Source: Sphagnum compactum (lineage: Eukaryota). From it: 64,000 nt of DNA. Location of the stretch: contig OZ234493.1 of NCBI GenBank assembly GCA_965153455.1, forward strand, positions 23,674,213 to 23,738,212, in the 5' to 3' direction. The notes under the pieces are model-generated. The model was given only the letters and a program-made list of their open reading frames with translations, was not told where the DNA came from and searched no databases. The position numbers and the translations under genes were made by a program. Below are positions 1 to 13,662 of this stretch, one piece after another. Position 1 is the stretch's first letter; every line of letters starts with the position of its first letter.

Positions 1-2968
1 GGCACATGGGATTATTAATGCATTCTTTCTCCTAAAGGGGAGCTTATCTGTTGGCAGGCTAATCTTAAGACCGACTTTTACAAGTAAACAAGGACGCCAA
101 GCTCTTCAAATTAGGATTCTCAACTTAAAACCCTTAAGAAACCCACGTTCTGGAAAATTGTAGGCCACACTAACTTAGAGAGGAAAACTGGAGAGAGAGA
201 GAGAGAGAGAGCAGACAATTGGACGGATGCAGCAATTGTATAGAAGACTCTATTGAACCGGGACCTTATTGCCTCCCTGACACGGGTGGACCAGAGTGAA
301 GCAGCACCTACTACACTAGTACCTTCACCTTCTTCAGAAGAAACCCCGAGAAGGGGAGGGAGGCAGCAGCCCCATCAAACATTAAAGAAATCCAAGAATT
401 ACAAGGGGGGCAAGAAGCACCACACGATGGTGACGCAATCAACCCCAAAGATGCCTAAGTGGCACCATTCCGCCTTAAAGGCTTGCTCAATCCTATCTTG
501 AATACTAGGGTCCCGGGAGGATCGAAGGAATTAATGGCCTTCCAAGTGGCCATTCCAACCTCAACGATAGCAACCCAGGCTTGTTGAAGGATTTTCCTAG
601 AGGAATACTGGTTATCAAAATGCTTCCGGCATCTCTCTGTCCAAAAAGCCAAAGTGATGCGTTTGAGTAAAATTGAAAAGCACATAATGAAAGTCGAAGA
701 CCACAACTGCGAAGGATGTCAAGCGGTTGTCTGATGTAGGAGAAGCCTCCTACATGATACCCTTGGACTCCAGGGGGGTCATCTTCTCTCTCGAAGACAG
801 CTTCACCAAGCATGACGAAAGGCCAGGAAAGAATGATGTCATTGGGCGCTCCCCATTTTTGCCATATGTGATAGAAGGCCTCCCAAGCCCGTTTGGCGCG
901 GGGACACTCGAGGAGACAGTGTTGAGGGGATTCAGGGGCCTCCTCAGTGCAAACCTTGCACGTGGGGAGGATCCCCATGCATTGTAGCCATGTGCCAACC
1001 GGGAGACCCCGGTTTAAAGTGAGCCATATGAGAGTGCCGACCTTCCGGGGTCGGGCGTTATGCCAGATTCTGGCAATAACTTGCGTAACGATGGAGTTTT
1101 GCAGGTTTAACCTTTGAATGAAGGAGCAGATGTTGGCGCTATGGGTGGGTTTCCTTGCATTTCGGTAGCCCCGCTTTACGGAATAGCCGAAAAAAGGAGA
1201 GTCGCCCATTTGTGAGGAGGCTTGCCAGTGCCACTCTCCCGGGTCCGAGGGAAGCCCATCAATGAAACCGGATTCGAAAATCCAAAGTATGGGAAGCTTG
1301 GTGAGTGATGGGAACTCTCTGGCAACTTTATATGGGGCTCCGTGTCTTTCTCGAAAGAGGACCCTGATTGGGTGATAACCTTCAGGGGAAAGGGTTATCA
1401 CTTGGGAGTTCGTAGCTCTAATGAGACCAGTGGGGGTAACCCTCTGGAATTCATTGGCTTGCACCGTGTTGGGGGTGACCCCGGTTACATGGTATATCCA
1501 TTCTAGAGTGGTGTTGTTTCCGGAGTTTCTTTTGCTGATCCAGTCCCCTACCTGAAAGCGGTTAGTGTAAGTTGCAGGATTCCATGGGATGCTCGCTATG
1601 ATGATTTCTCTGTTGTTTCTGTTGGTGGCGTGGTAGGTCAACCGAAGGGCTTGGAGGCTTTTCCATGCCCTGCCCTCCTGGTCCCAAAGATCTTTGATTC
1701 AAGTGCAGCCAGAATTGGCAATGGCTCGTCCTTCATTGCGACCACTCACTCCCAGAGGGTGACCAGTCATGTTGAGGATGAGAGGGTTGTTGAAAATAGG
1801 TTGTCTGAGAACCTCCGCATAGGATGCGGGTTCGGACTTTGCTAGACCAACTCTTACGTTGAGCCAAGAGCCAAGGATGCTCTTCCAAAATGAGCATTTC
1901 AATTTTTTGAGCTTGGGGGCGGCAAAAAGCCAATTTATATCCGGGATGCTTGGCCCTTTGCCGTGCACCGGGAGATGGACTTGATCTGCTCGATGCCTTA
2001 GGATCTCTTTCCAGGGTTCTCCTCCTAGGGCAAGACCTCTCACTAAAAGTTTGGCAAGAAGTGCTTCGGATTATGCCTTGGGGTCTATTATCCCTAGGCC
2101 ATCGCTAGACAAGGGAAGTGTAAGAGAATCCCATTTGACCTTGGCCCGTGTATTGGAAGCCTTTCCCCCCCAAATGAAGTTTCGTAGCACTCCTCTGATC
2201 TGGTTGCACATCCTCGGATTGGGGTTCCAACAGGCTGCCATATACCACATTGAGGAAAGCAATACTTGGTTGGCAACAAGAATTCTACCAGCGAGAGAGA
2301 GGTTGCACTTGCCCCAGGTGATCATCTTCCCTTTTAGGGTGAGCATGAGTTTTTCAAAATTGGCCTCGATAGGTAACCGAAAGCCTATTTGGATGCCTAA
2401 GTATCGAACCCCTTGTCCCTCAGGGATCCATCTCAGCCCAACTTCTTGTCCCCATTCCCATTCCTTTTTTTCCTTGTTGGCCCATATGGCCGCAGATTTT
2501 CCCCAATTGATTTTTGCCCCAAAGGCAAGACAGAAAAGTTCAAGTACTACCCGAGCTTTGTTTAAGTTACTTGGGGATCCCTTAAGGTAAAGTGCGGTGT
2601 CATCCGCGAAAGTTTGATCCCGGACGCATCCCCCTTTGGGGAGGTGCATTCCCTCTATTTCGTGCTTTGGGTCATCCAGCATATGGCCCAGAACATCCAT
2701 AGCAAGAATGAACAGGTATGGAGCTAGTGGACAGCCTTGTCGGACTGACCTGGCGAGTCTAAAGTCCTCTCCAGGTTCCCCGTTTACTTTAACTGATGAG
2801 GACGCGAGCCAATAGAGGGATGAGATCCATTGAATCCAGGTGGGGCAGAAACCTAGTTTGGACAAAGTTGGGAAGAGGAAGTCCCATTCAATCCTGTCAA
2901 ATGCTTTTTCAAAATCGAGGAGTAGGAGGACAAGGTCTTGACCGCTCTCTGGTGCCCAGACCAGAGCC
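1..2968 (-). mobile_element. 5'-truncated L1/Tx1-type non-LTR retrotransposon (RT + zf-RVT), disrupted ORF2
   Basis: RT motifs LLLDFEKAFDRIEW (~2885-2930), RSVRQGCPLAPYLF, FADD and YLG, then GLGIIDP. C-terminal WLTLNRGLP..CKVC..ESPQHCLLEC zinc knuckle in ORF 505-1641. Stops/frameshifts between ORF pieces. (GA)n at 191-211 lies in the presumed 3' UTR; the 3' end probably runs off the window. Confidence 0.93.
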
Positions 2969-3578
2969 TGTCTTCACCTTCTTCAGAGTAAGCCCAAAGG
3001 TGAAGACAGGCAACAGTTGCATCCTTCACCTTGAGGGTTGCCAAATTAAACTCAAGAAATATTATATTTGTTTCAAAGCAGTGTTGTGCTGGTTTTTGTA
3101 CATTTACCTGAAAAATATCCAAGTTCTGAGCAATGTTCACTAGGAAAACTTTAGTTTTAAGATGTGTGAATTGTAGGGCATGTTTGCAAAACATTAGACA
3201 TTTATTCAAGTATAAAGCAATTGATACATAATTATTTAAGACCTATCATGTCTTTTACCACATTGAGAAAATCAAGCCACAAATTGTGTGTACTCATACT
3301 ATTGAGGTTCCTGGATGTATTGCATACTCTTAAAAACAAGCATGCAAAACATTTGTGTATAAACCACATTGACCCAAAAACCCTAATTTAGTTTAAGCAT
3401 GGGACATTTATAATATTTAGAAGGGAAAAGATGAATTTGAGGGTTTTTAGCATGGTACCAGTGTGAGTTTTGGTTCACTCAAGGCATTCACCTTGGCATG
3501 TACAAGCTTTATAGAGTTAATAATTAACTTGAAAAATGTTAAATTTGAACAAGAGACATTAATTTAGTGTAAGTTAAG

Positions 3579-4501
3579 TATCACACACCTAATCCAATTG
3601 TGTCCCGTCCCTAGGTAGGAGATTTTAAAAAAAGGATAGTAACCAACCCAGATACAACTTTTATTAACTAATTTACCAATTCCCTAGAATTAGTTACAGA
3701 AGATGGCTACAAACCACTTAAGGCTTTTTGCTTCTAAATGGTTTGTTACTGTTTTAAGGCCATTTTAATGGCGTGTAACTACTTCACATAGAAAGCCAAC
3801 TTTCCAGTGAGCTTGAAATTCTCAAATTCCTCAACCTCTTTCATAACAAACCCCATGTTTTGCCTTACTTTCGGTCCCACCCTCTTGCTTTTGACCACCC
3901 ACACATTTTTGCACAATAACTTCAGGACAATCAAGTAAATCCGCCACAATCCAAACCATATGACCAACCACACTTGGAACTTCAAAATTACACACCTCTT
4001 ATAGCCTATATCATTGAACTTTGTACATCATGTTCAAGCACACAAATGTTCCACCCAATTGCCACAATCCAAACCACACGACCAACCACACTTGGAACTT
4101 CAAAATTAGACAACACTTACATCTTATATCATCAAACTTGTACATCATGCTCAAGTGCACAACTTTTCCACTCAACCACAAACCCCAAAGGTTCTAGGTC
4201 CATCAATGTCATTAACTTTTTCTATTCACCGCATATGTTATTCCACTTCCTTTTTTTTATCTTTCTTCCTCCAAACTAAAATCCCTATTACTTTTTTTCT
4301 AGCATTCTTCCTCTCTTCTATTTCCAACACTCTACCTTCTGAATTTTCTCAATATTTATATAACCATATTCACAATTCTTCTAGAAGCGTCATCTCCAAG
4401 GTCATCATGCATGATAATTTTTGTAATTTTCGCCCGTCACATTTTGCTCCTTATTCTTAATTAAGCCTTCCTTGCCATTTGGTTGCATGAAGAACGTAAC
4501 A
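3579..4501 (-). repeat. 3' LTR of the gypsy element
   Basis: Colinear with 26025-26839 (both begin tatcacacacctaatccaattgtgtc on +). Minus-strand start TGTTAC is preceded by the polypurine tract GGGGGAGAA (4502-4510). Internal ~120 bp duplication near 3940-4180. Confidence 0.9.
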
Positions 4502-4599
4502 TTCTCCCCCATTTAAAATAATGTATTGTTCTCAATACAAAATGTGGGGTAATTCTTTTGGAGTTCCTTTTTTTATTCCCAAGTGGCATCATCTATGGG

Positions 4600-4748
4600 C
4601 ATTACAACAAAATGCATCCTTGTACACCAAGTGATTTCACTAGTTTTTGAGTGAATTCATTGGTCCCAATGAACGGGACCTAGTGGGAATGCAATGAATT
4701 AATTAATCCACATGGACTAATAAACTGCACCCACATTTTATAGTAATG
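4600..4748. mobile_element. CACTA-ended MITE copy 1 (in gypsy chromodomain)
   Basis: CATTACAACAAAA...TTTTATAGTAATG termini, GGG/GGG 3-bp TSD, homologous to 24096 and 27613 copies. Confidence 0.85.
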
Positions 4749-5899
4749 GGGGTACCATTTTCATCTTATTAAATATTGTTTGGATGAGTATAATCCCTTC
4801 TTTTTCATACATGTCCCCCAAAATTCTTCAAGTTCAACTAAGGCTTTTCCTTCTGTGGTAGTTTTGGGAAAAGTTGGTTGGGCCTTGGTACAAATTTCTT
4901 AAAAGATCACATGAATAACATCATGAATCCTCCATCTTGGCAGGCAAATCCAATTCATAAGCCATAGTTCCAATTTTTTTAATAATTTGGAAAGGTTCAT
5001 AATACATTGGGGAAAGTTTGTAACTTTTCCCCAATTTCAATTGGCTTCTTTTCAGGGCCACTTTAAGGAAAACCATATCCCCATCATCAAATTCTCTAAA
5101 TTTTTTTTTTTTATTAGCATAGGTTTTAGACCTATCTTGGGTTTTTTTCGTGCATTTTGTAATCATATCTTGTTCAATCTACATCCTCACAAACATTTGA
5201 TCAACAATTTTTACACAAGTCATAGAAACATGCCAAAATGTTGGTGTTAAACAATCTTGTCCACAAGTGGCTTCAAATGTGTTCATCCCAATTGATGTAC
5301 ATGTGGGTTTTTATTATAAGAAAATTCCACCAAGTGCAAATATTCCTCCTAAGAACTTTGCCTTTGACCAACATACATTCACATCATATCTTCTAGAATA
5401 TAGCTAGTCCTTTCAATTGAACGACACTAGCCAACGAGCATCGAATAGCAAGCGATGAATGGGTGAGCAAGCTCAAGTGACCAACAAGGAATCTTTATAG
5501 CATATTTCATGCCACATCATCAAATATTTTACAAATATTCTCATGCCACGTTGGTTCACTTTTGTGACGTGGCAAAATATTCTTTGCTAACTTGCAAAAT
5601 AGTCTACCACATGGATTAGGGTCCAGTCTCAAAACACACAAATTAATTTCTTTTGGGGGTCTTTATGGGTGAAAATGGTGGTTCAGAATTGTACCCATAA
5701 ACCTAGGGATCTTTTAAAGATTACAAACCACATTAGAAACAATCACCAAAACAAAAATGATTAGCCTGTCCAAGGATGTTAAAAATACAACATATTCCAA
5801 AAATGATATTCATTGCACCATGAAATTAATTTTTCCTATATCATCATTGGATGTTCTCCACCAACACTAGCAAATAATAAGGTCTGTTAATAGTGAAAA

Positions 5900-8800
5900 T
5901 GAAAGAGGCACTCCTATAGTTTTATTATACTGTCATTAGCTCTCAAATGCTTTAGCACATGCCAACAACCATTGAACCTCGTCCCAACTCCACATGGGAT
6001 AATGAATGAAATTTTCAAATTGGCCACAATACAATTATGTTTTGTAATATATAATACAAGTGTTTAAATTGCACCCATGCTCCATGCCCACCTAAAGAAG
6101 CTACTAACGTGACAATGAAATATAAATGGGAACAACATGGATAATTTCCAATTGACTATCAAAATGCTTGTGGCTATAGAGTATGTTGTAGATTCATCCA
6201 TACCCAGGGGGCTAGACATCTATAGGGGGCATACTAGAAGAAGGAATGAAAAATTTACCAACATCCCAATTGTTGGTGTGTTGTTGTGTTCACGTTTAAA
6301 CATTAAAGGCCTTCTCACCTTCTTCCCACAATGAGATGTGGGCCAACTGCTTGCATTTGCAGGTCTGATTACATTCGGTTTATAAGTTGAAGAAACCTGG
6401 AAAGTGCTTGAAGTGGAAGGTTCGCCTCTAAACAAACTTTAAGGGTTGGTATGTCGTTCCAAGTCAAACAAAAACCCAATTTCGAATTCTTCAAAGGATG
6501 ATACCTCTTTTTGAGTTAGGTTGACACCATGTTGAACAAGCCATACAGGGATGAATAGATCATCGACACTATTGGGTTGACAAGCGAGAACAACCACACG
6601 AGGATGAGAAAAATTGATGCGATTAGGCCTATGTGACTTGTCATCCACACTTGGCAAAAAGTTGACACCGTGCTTGGCAGAACCAAACACCTCCTCACCC
6701 TCCAAATGAGGAGTTCGTGTGGTGAACAAAGATTCAAAAGTATTATTGGCAATGACTATCGCAAGCTTGGAAACATCCCCCGAAAAATGGGCCCTCCTCA
6801 AAAGGAGTTCATTTCTATCATGACCTTTCCTAAAAGGACCTCTTCGCAAGTAATGTTGATATAGAATGGACTATTTAAAATCCTGAACATAGTTGTCGCA
6901 GGTGGCTATGTACAAAGAGGTGCCACACTTTCTCGACTATTGTAGCCAAATGTTATGCATAGTATCAGCAAGATTGCAAATCGGCATATCTACCCACTCA
7001 ACATCGCTAAACTTTTGCAAATACCAAGAAGAGTGGATTAGACCAAAAGTAGGAACAAAGAATATAGAAAATAAATCCCTAAACACAATATGTGAAAGGA
7101 AAATCTTACATGGGCCATGAACCTGCCCCATTGTTTTAAACAAAAGTGCTAGAAAGCAAGCCAGTTACCAAGTTCATGAAGAGCAAATTCAACTACAGCT
7201 CCTGACGAGAACCACTAGCTAGCTACAGATAGTTACATACTTAGTGTCTGCCTCTTCTAAAGACTTGGAATTTTTGTAATCAAAGCAGAGGGCCTTATGC
7301 TGATCCTACAGTTGAAGTTTGATCAATTGTTTAATATGCCTATCAAGCAATTGAGTCCAATGGAACAAACATGTACGTTCTTTGTCCACCATACTTATAG
7401 TGGCATCAACACAACCATAAACAATTTTGACAGTAGTCCAATTTGCTTGCACGATGTCTGCCATGAATCCCTTGAAGTTAGGTTTAACATACCCGTGTTT
7501 GAGCATTGTTTGGTTGAGCTTTGTCCACATTATCTGTTGTGCTTTTGTGTCTTTGGATTGCATGTCATAGACTGCAATGGTCATGACTTTGCAATATCTT
7601 GGATCATAAACATGACAGGCCATTGTTGTCCAACCAGCGACTTGTTTTACATGGTCAAAAATGATCCATGAGTTCTCTAGATCACCCCTAGGCTGCATTT
7701 GTGCAACAAGCCCAACTCTGCTCCCAACCTCATTGACGAACATCTTGAGATATAACCATATATTTGGCTTGGGAAGTAGCATTCTTGGATGAAATTATAA
7801 TGACTCTTAGATTTCAACTCAAGGATATTGTTAGTGTAACCTCCACCCAGGCGATGCTTGAAAGAGGCAACAAGGTTGCACATTTGGCGAGCTCAACATA
7901 ATGAATTTGTCTTGAATTTCTTCGAGCAAATGGCCTTTGAAAACCTTGCAACTGTTGTCACTACTATCATTGAACAAATGTTTTGTAAGGAAGGATTTGT
8001 TGGCACTCAAAGAGATTGCAGATATTTTGGCATTGGGCATTCGGTTGACCTTCTCTTCTATCAACTTTTTAGTTTCATCTGCATCCTTTCTGCACCTCCC
8101 ATCTATAATAGGGTGAAGATGCACACCAAGGTGAATCGTAGCTTTCAAAACAGACTATTGTTTATGGACAATGTAATAAGTTCAACCTTTACATGGGTTG
8201 ACACAAGATGGTGAGGAATTGTAGAATTTGCAAATGACAAACAAACTCAAAGGTCCAAAAAGGACCTATCCTTTCAACGACACCTAGGTTGATTCTCCGA
8301 CCCAAGAAATCTCATTCCAAGCCCTAGAATAGACTAAATAGTCATAGTCCATCTTGACACAATGCAAGTGCCCCAAACAATGAACCTTCCTAAAACTCAA
8401 ACTAAAACTATTTTTGATGTTAGTTGTGATGACCTTCAACCAAGCGTGGCCATCATACTTTCTATCCATGCCTTGCATCTATGTCAAGGATGGATTATTG
8501 GGAGATAAGGTAGGTAATTCGAACAGAATGTCGTGGGAAAAAATGAAACAACTAAAATTGTAATCTTATCATAATCTAAATTACGCAACTCATTAGATGC
8601 ATGTCTAGTTACTGACATTGTGTGCAAACAATCAACAACAGATTATATGACGAGATCAATGTGGAAGGCTCCAATGTTGGTTAATAGAACACAGCCTCCA
8701 AAGGAGCAAACAAACTTGGGCGAAGCCACACTGTTGAATTCTCCACCAAGGATGGTGAGCCTTCTTTGGATGAAGAACCAAACAAGAGAATGAATACGGA

Positions 8801-9192
8801 TGAAGGAACAATGTTTGGGGTATGGAGATTGACATCAAGGTCAAAATGTCTTTCGTCTTGTTGTATCTCGAAATTGTTGTTTTTACCACAAATGTTGTTG
8901 TTTTTGGCGTCAAGATGGTTTCCTGGGAATGAGTTTAAACATTAACGCCCACAACCCTATAACGTCCAAAGCTCACCACCCATTCCTAACCTTCAATTGT
9001 AGCAATGGATATTTGATACACTAAACTTGAAACATTGTTATTTGCATCATAAACAACATCTTTGAAAATAAGCAGTGATCCAAGTTAGAAACCAAACATA
9101 ACACACAAGCATTTTTCAATCACAACAATAGTATCAGTTCCATCTACTAAAATGGTGAGTTCAAGCCTACCATCAACACGAAAAGTTGCCAT
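5900..9192 (-). pseudogene. MULE-family DDE transposase with N-terminal GCM-like zinc DNA-binding domain (disrupted)
   Basis: GCM-like MDRKYDGHAW..TTNI..RKVHCLGHLHC (8284-8478), then CKF...PSCVNPC and HLGVHLHP. MULE core IIFDHVK..WTTMACHVYD..KGFMAD..ANW..VYG..ERTCLFHW with CxxH (7306-7782). PICNLADTMHN corresponds to the NxxE catalytic segment. Many stops and frameshifts; ends approximate. Confidence 0.82.
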
Positions 9193-9629
9193 ACTAAAGA
9201 CGGACGTAAGAAACAATGGAAGATGAAATGAAATGAAATAACAAAGAAAATAAGGAAAATTATTCAAGTTGTTGTGAAGGAGTAAGTCAACATAACAGGA
9301 TGAAGTTGGAAAACAAATAGGAGTAAGCTAAACCAAAGATAAACATGAGGCGATAATAACCTCCAATAGAAGATTCCACCAAAATCTGTGGAAAAACATA
9401 GGTGGACACTTAATGAAGGCATGGGGGAGAAAAGTATGTAAATCAATTATGTGCACACCATATTGTGCGCTGTTGAAGGGTGTGGGCAGAGAAGCGCCAA
9501 TTTATGATATCATAGTTGTTTGCCAGTGGAAAATGATACATTGCCATTAAAGAACACGAATCGAGTTGATCAACCAAATGCAAGGCAAACCTTTAGACGC
9601 CCAATAAATGAAGGCAGGGGGCATTGGCA

Positions 9630-11500
9630 GTTTGACAATTGTTTCCCAATTGGAAGCAGAATACATCAAAATCAAACATGGCGCGATCAAAAGGTAGGTG
9701 GAAATGTGTAAAAGCACATACACAACATAAATGACATATTGTTAGAATAGTAATGGACAAGGGACAATGAAAAGAATTCCAAAAACCTAAAAGTGAATGT
9801 GGCAAAACATTTTTCTACACTTTTAAAGGACAGAGGTTGAGCGTGCAACAATGAAGTGACTTTGTGCAGGTTAAAATCCGTTAATCAAATCTAATGCAGA
9901 AAATTTATAAGATGATTAGAAATCAACACAATGGAGTTTGCATCTCCAATTTGATTTTTGGCCACATTCTCTAGTATGGAAAATACAAAAGGGGATTTTA
10001 TGGCCATAGAAGTATAGGATAGATTGCATGGCTATAATTCATGGAAGGAAGGGTATGTTGTAATGTCAGTGAAAAGTAGATTAGGATAACATATCGAAAC
10101 TAAAAAACAGATAGGAATAACTTAAACAAGAGAAAACATCTCAAATAGAAGAAGCAATTGAACACAAAGGAAACCTTTGGAAGCCCAATTAATGAGGGCG
10201 AGGGGAAGGTATAAGTGTGGATCAAATAATTGTGGGCTATTGAAGTCTATAGGAAAAGAAGCACCAATTATGTCGCAACCCTAGCTTTGGGCTCGCGACC
10301 AAGGCAAAGGGAATTGCAAGGGTGCGGGTCAAGAGGAAGCCCGGGAGTTAAGCCAAGAGAAAGCCCGGGAGTTGAGCTAAGAGGATGCCCGGGAGTTAAG
10401 GCAAGAGGAAGCCCGGGAGTCGCATCACATACTCCCGGGAGTGCTAGAAAGTGTGAGGGAGTATGAGGGAGTGAACTCTCACACTCCCAAGGCAACTCCC
10501 ACTTGGGGAGATGGAGTCCCGGTGGACTCCCAAAACTTCAGAGAGCGATTGCAGGGGTCAAACCTCAATGTCTTGTGATGTTCTTTATATCATTGAAAAG
10601 CTCTTGGAGCGTAAATGTCTAAAATGGGCTCACATGGCTCATTTGAATCTCTGAAACACAAGTTATGGCCAAAAGAAGGGTCGGGAGTCGAACTGCCAGT
10701 TTGACTCCCGACCACTAAAAGTCGGGAATCGACCCGATTTACTTAGCTGCAGGGGACGTGCCACATATCGTTGGAAAGCTCTCGACAAGAGCTACAACTT
10801 TGCTTCAGACCGCATTGCGATCCGAGGTCTGCTCGCAAAGTTATGGGGCTTCAAAGTTGCAGGAGTCCCATTTGGCGCGATTTCGGGACTCCCACGCGGG
10901 AGTCCCGGGAAAAATAGCCATTTGGATGTAGCCTCCGTGGAGAGCTGCAGAGTATACTATAAGGGGGAAGGTGGTGGCTTCCCCCAAGTCCGGGCCGTGG
11001 TGAGTCTTGTGTGTCCGTGTTGCCCGTGGCTCGTCCTAGCACCAAAGTGCTCCAACTATGCACTAACCACTTTGTGTGGGTTGTGTGCAGGCCCGTGTGA
11101 GTGAATAAGCTTGTCAATTCTTCCTAGTCTATCCCGGGACTTCTAGCACACCCCTCTCACCCCTCCTCTAGTGCTAGAAGTCGGGAGCGTGCTCCAAGTT
11201 CCAACTCCTTCCGCATTGCCACATACTTGGACCCTCAAGTGGGTCCACTAGGAACTTGGGAGTGCGTCAAATTAACTATTTGACAATTGTTTCCCAATGT
11301 TTAGCATAGTACATCGAATTGAAACATGGCGAAATCAAAGGGTAGGTAGAAATTTAGAAAACGATGTACACATTATAAATGATATATTTTTAGAACAATA
11401 ATAGACAAGGGACCATTAACAGAATTCCAAAAACCTAAAAGTGAATGTGATAGAACAAATCTCTTTAATTTTTAAGCATAGATCGTGCAAAAATGAAGCA
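9630..11500 (+). repeat. ~220 bp diverged direct repeat (9630-9830 and 11279-11500)
   Basis: Both copies share tttgacaattgtttcccaat...agaattccaaaaacctaaaagtgaatgtg. Confidence 0.8.
10271..11269. mobile_element. Solo LTR inserted in the MULE
   Basis: TGTCGCAACC...GGGAGTGCGTCA (TG..CA) with perfect 5-bp TSD AATTA (10266-10270, 11270-11274). GC-rich and little decayed, with internal 21-bp tandem units (aagaggaagcccgggagtt) at 10331-10440. Confidence 0.92.
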
Positions 11501-12729
11501 ATTCCTTGCGCGATAAATTTTGAAGATTCCCAACTAAAAAATCCAAACCATAAAGCATAAATTCTAGCAGACTATGACCTATTTAGCACTCACTAATTGG
11601 GTCATGAATAAAAGTTCAACAAACACTATTGAAAAGGTCTAGAGTGGGAGAAGGGATAGTTTTTCCTAAAAAGGAAATAGTAATTACATAGTTTAAGGGA
11701 AAGTTAATAGCGAAAAGAAGAAAGTAATTCCAAAGTTAAGTGCATATGTAATAATAATTAAAGCATCATAGAATTCTGTCCATTGGAGTTTGGGTTTTAC
11801 GAACTAGCTAAGTTGGAAAACATTGGTGGATGGTGGAGGCTGTTAAATGATGAAAAGGTTAATGAAGTTTTGACAACAAGTCATTTCAAAGAAAACACAT
11901 AATAATATATAGAAACTTCTAGAAAATAAGTTTCAAATTCCCAATAATTCTACAGATATATATCTTACATAATGAGAGGAAGAAATTCTTTGAAAGATGC
12001 AGAAGAATATTGACTCCAAAGAGGGAGGTCTAGGGAAAAGAAGACATCGTTGTGGACACAACTAGACACCAATCAAGTGTGGAACCACAATGGCACCAAG
12101 GAAGATGTGAGGACTTGCTCTTAGGATTCAAAAGCAGCAGGTGAGACACCTTCGCAATTTCATATTTGATTGCAGGAAGAATCAAATGTGTAATATTGTA
12201 TGTTATAATCCTTTCAAACCGTTTATCTTTTTGAAGGAAATTGAGAGTCCGAGGGAAGACAACAAATAGATTTCTCCCAAGAAATAGAAGAGGAGGTATG
12301 CATATTAAACTAGTTTGTGCCTACAAAGAATTTAGTATTTGGTAGAAAATATTCTAATTTTATAAATGGACTTAAGATTTTGACAAATCTTAATGTTTCA
12401 TTCCGTAGGGAATCAGAACAAAAAGCTCCAAAAGAAGTCAAGGACAGAGCACATAGCTCTCGACTGTTGATAGCTCGGTAAAAAGGGAGGGTTTTAAGGT
12501 TTCCATTTGAAGCATAATTGTAATGAAATATTGTATATAAGGAGAGACACATAGAGAATGACTTCTTTTTGCATTGTTTTGTGAAGGAGGAGGAGGAGAG
12601 GTAGGGAAGTTCAAGAGTGTTAAAGTCCATTGGAGAAGCGTCCAAGCTCAAGATATATCCTCCTTCAACTTGTTTTTCTTTATTTTATTTTGTTTTAAAT
12701 TCCTTCTTTTTTCTTTCTAAGATAATCTG

Positions 12730-13445
12730 ATCATGAACTTGGATTTGTGGGAGGAAAGGTATGCCGAACTTGAATTCAGTTGCACAAAAAATGCGAGGCC
12801 AAGCTCAAGCTCGGCCATTTTCTTTTGTTTGTTTTTTTGTGTTAATTTTTTTTTCGTTTTTTCTTTTGTAAGTCTATAGTAGCACAAGCAGACAAATTTG
12901 AGCTCGGCCATGCATTCTTGCGCAGTTGAACTCAAGTTTGGTCAGTTTTTATTTTTGGTTCCTATAAGCATTCCTATGGGAGTCTGAGCTACAACTCGGA
13001 TTTTTGTAGCAAAAAGGGCTAAACGTGAATTCAACTGTGCATTCTTACGTGGCCAAGCTCATGTTCGGTCTTGTTGGCCATGAACAACTTGGGTTCTTCA
13101 TAGCCATCGGCACCAACTCTTAATGCCGAGAGTTGGCGCCCATGTCTGGAAAAAACACAAGTTTTTTTAAAATAATTTTTTAAAAAAAACTATATTATAT
13201 ATTTCCTTGTTCTTCTTTTGTTTTTTCAAATCCGCTCCAAGATGAATGGCTGAAGTTGAGCCCATCTTCTCATGCTTGCGCATCTGAGCTTAAGCTTGGC
13301 CACTTCTTTATTTAAAAAAGAAATTTGGAACTTTTTTTAGCAGAATCCAAGCTTGTGTTCCCGTGAAGAATTTGGGTCCTTTGCGGCCGTTGATGCCAAC
13401 TTTTAATGCCGAGAGATAGCGCTGATGGCCATGAAGAACCTAATT
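12730..13445. repeat. Array of degenerate palindromes GGCCGAGC-N4-GCTCGGCC plus two long hairpins
   Basis: Examples: 12797-12816 GGCCAAGCTCAAGCTCGGCC, 13051-13070 GGCCAAGCTCATGTTCGGTC, 13282-13301. Hairpin ggcaccaactct-taatgccg-agagttggcgcc at ~13109-13140, second copy ~13372-13441. Confidence 0.7.
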
Positions 13446-13662
13446 TCTTCATTTTAAAAATGTTCTTGTTTTATGTTGTTCATTTCATATTCACTTTTGC
13501 AATGTTGTTTTATTCATTTTGCATGTGCTTATGCAAGGTTCTAAAGGAGCACAAATTACAATTATGGACATTGGACATGCATGCTTTGACCTTTAGGAAT
13601 GTCTTTTGTTAATTTCTTTTTTTCTTCTCAACACATTCATGTGAAAAATCCATGATTTGTAG

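Noticed and set aside
10331-10440. Regularly spaced repeats resembling a CRISPR array
   Set aside because: 21-bp tandem units without unique spacers, inside a solo LTR in eukaryotic DNA; no cas genes.
10230-11117. Short ORFs within the solo LTR
   Set aside because: GC-rich LTR sequence with no protein motifs.
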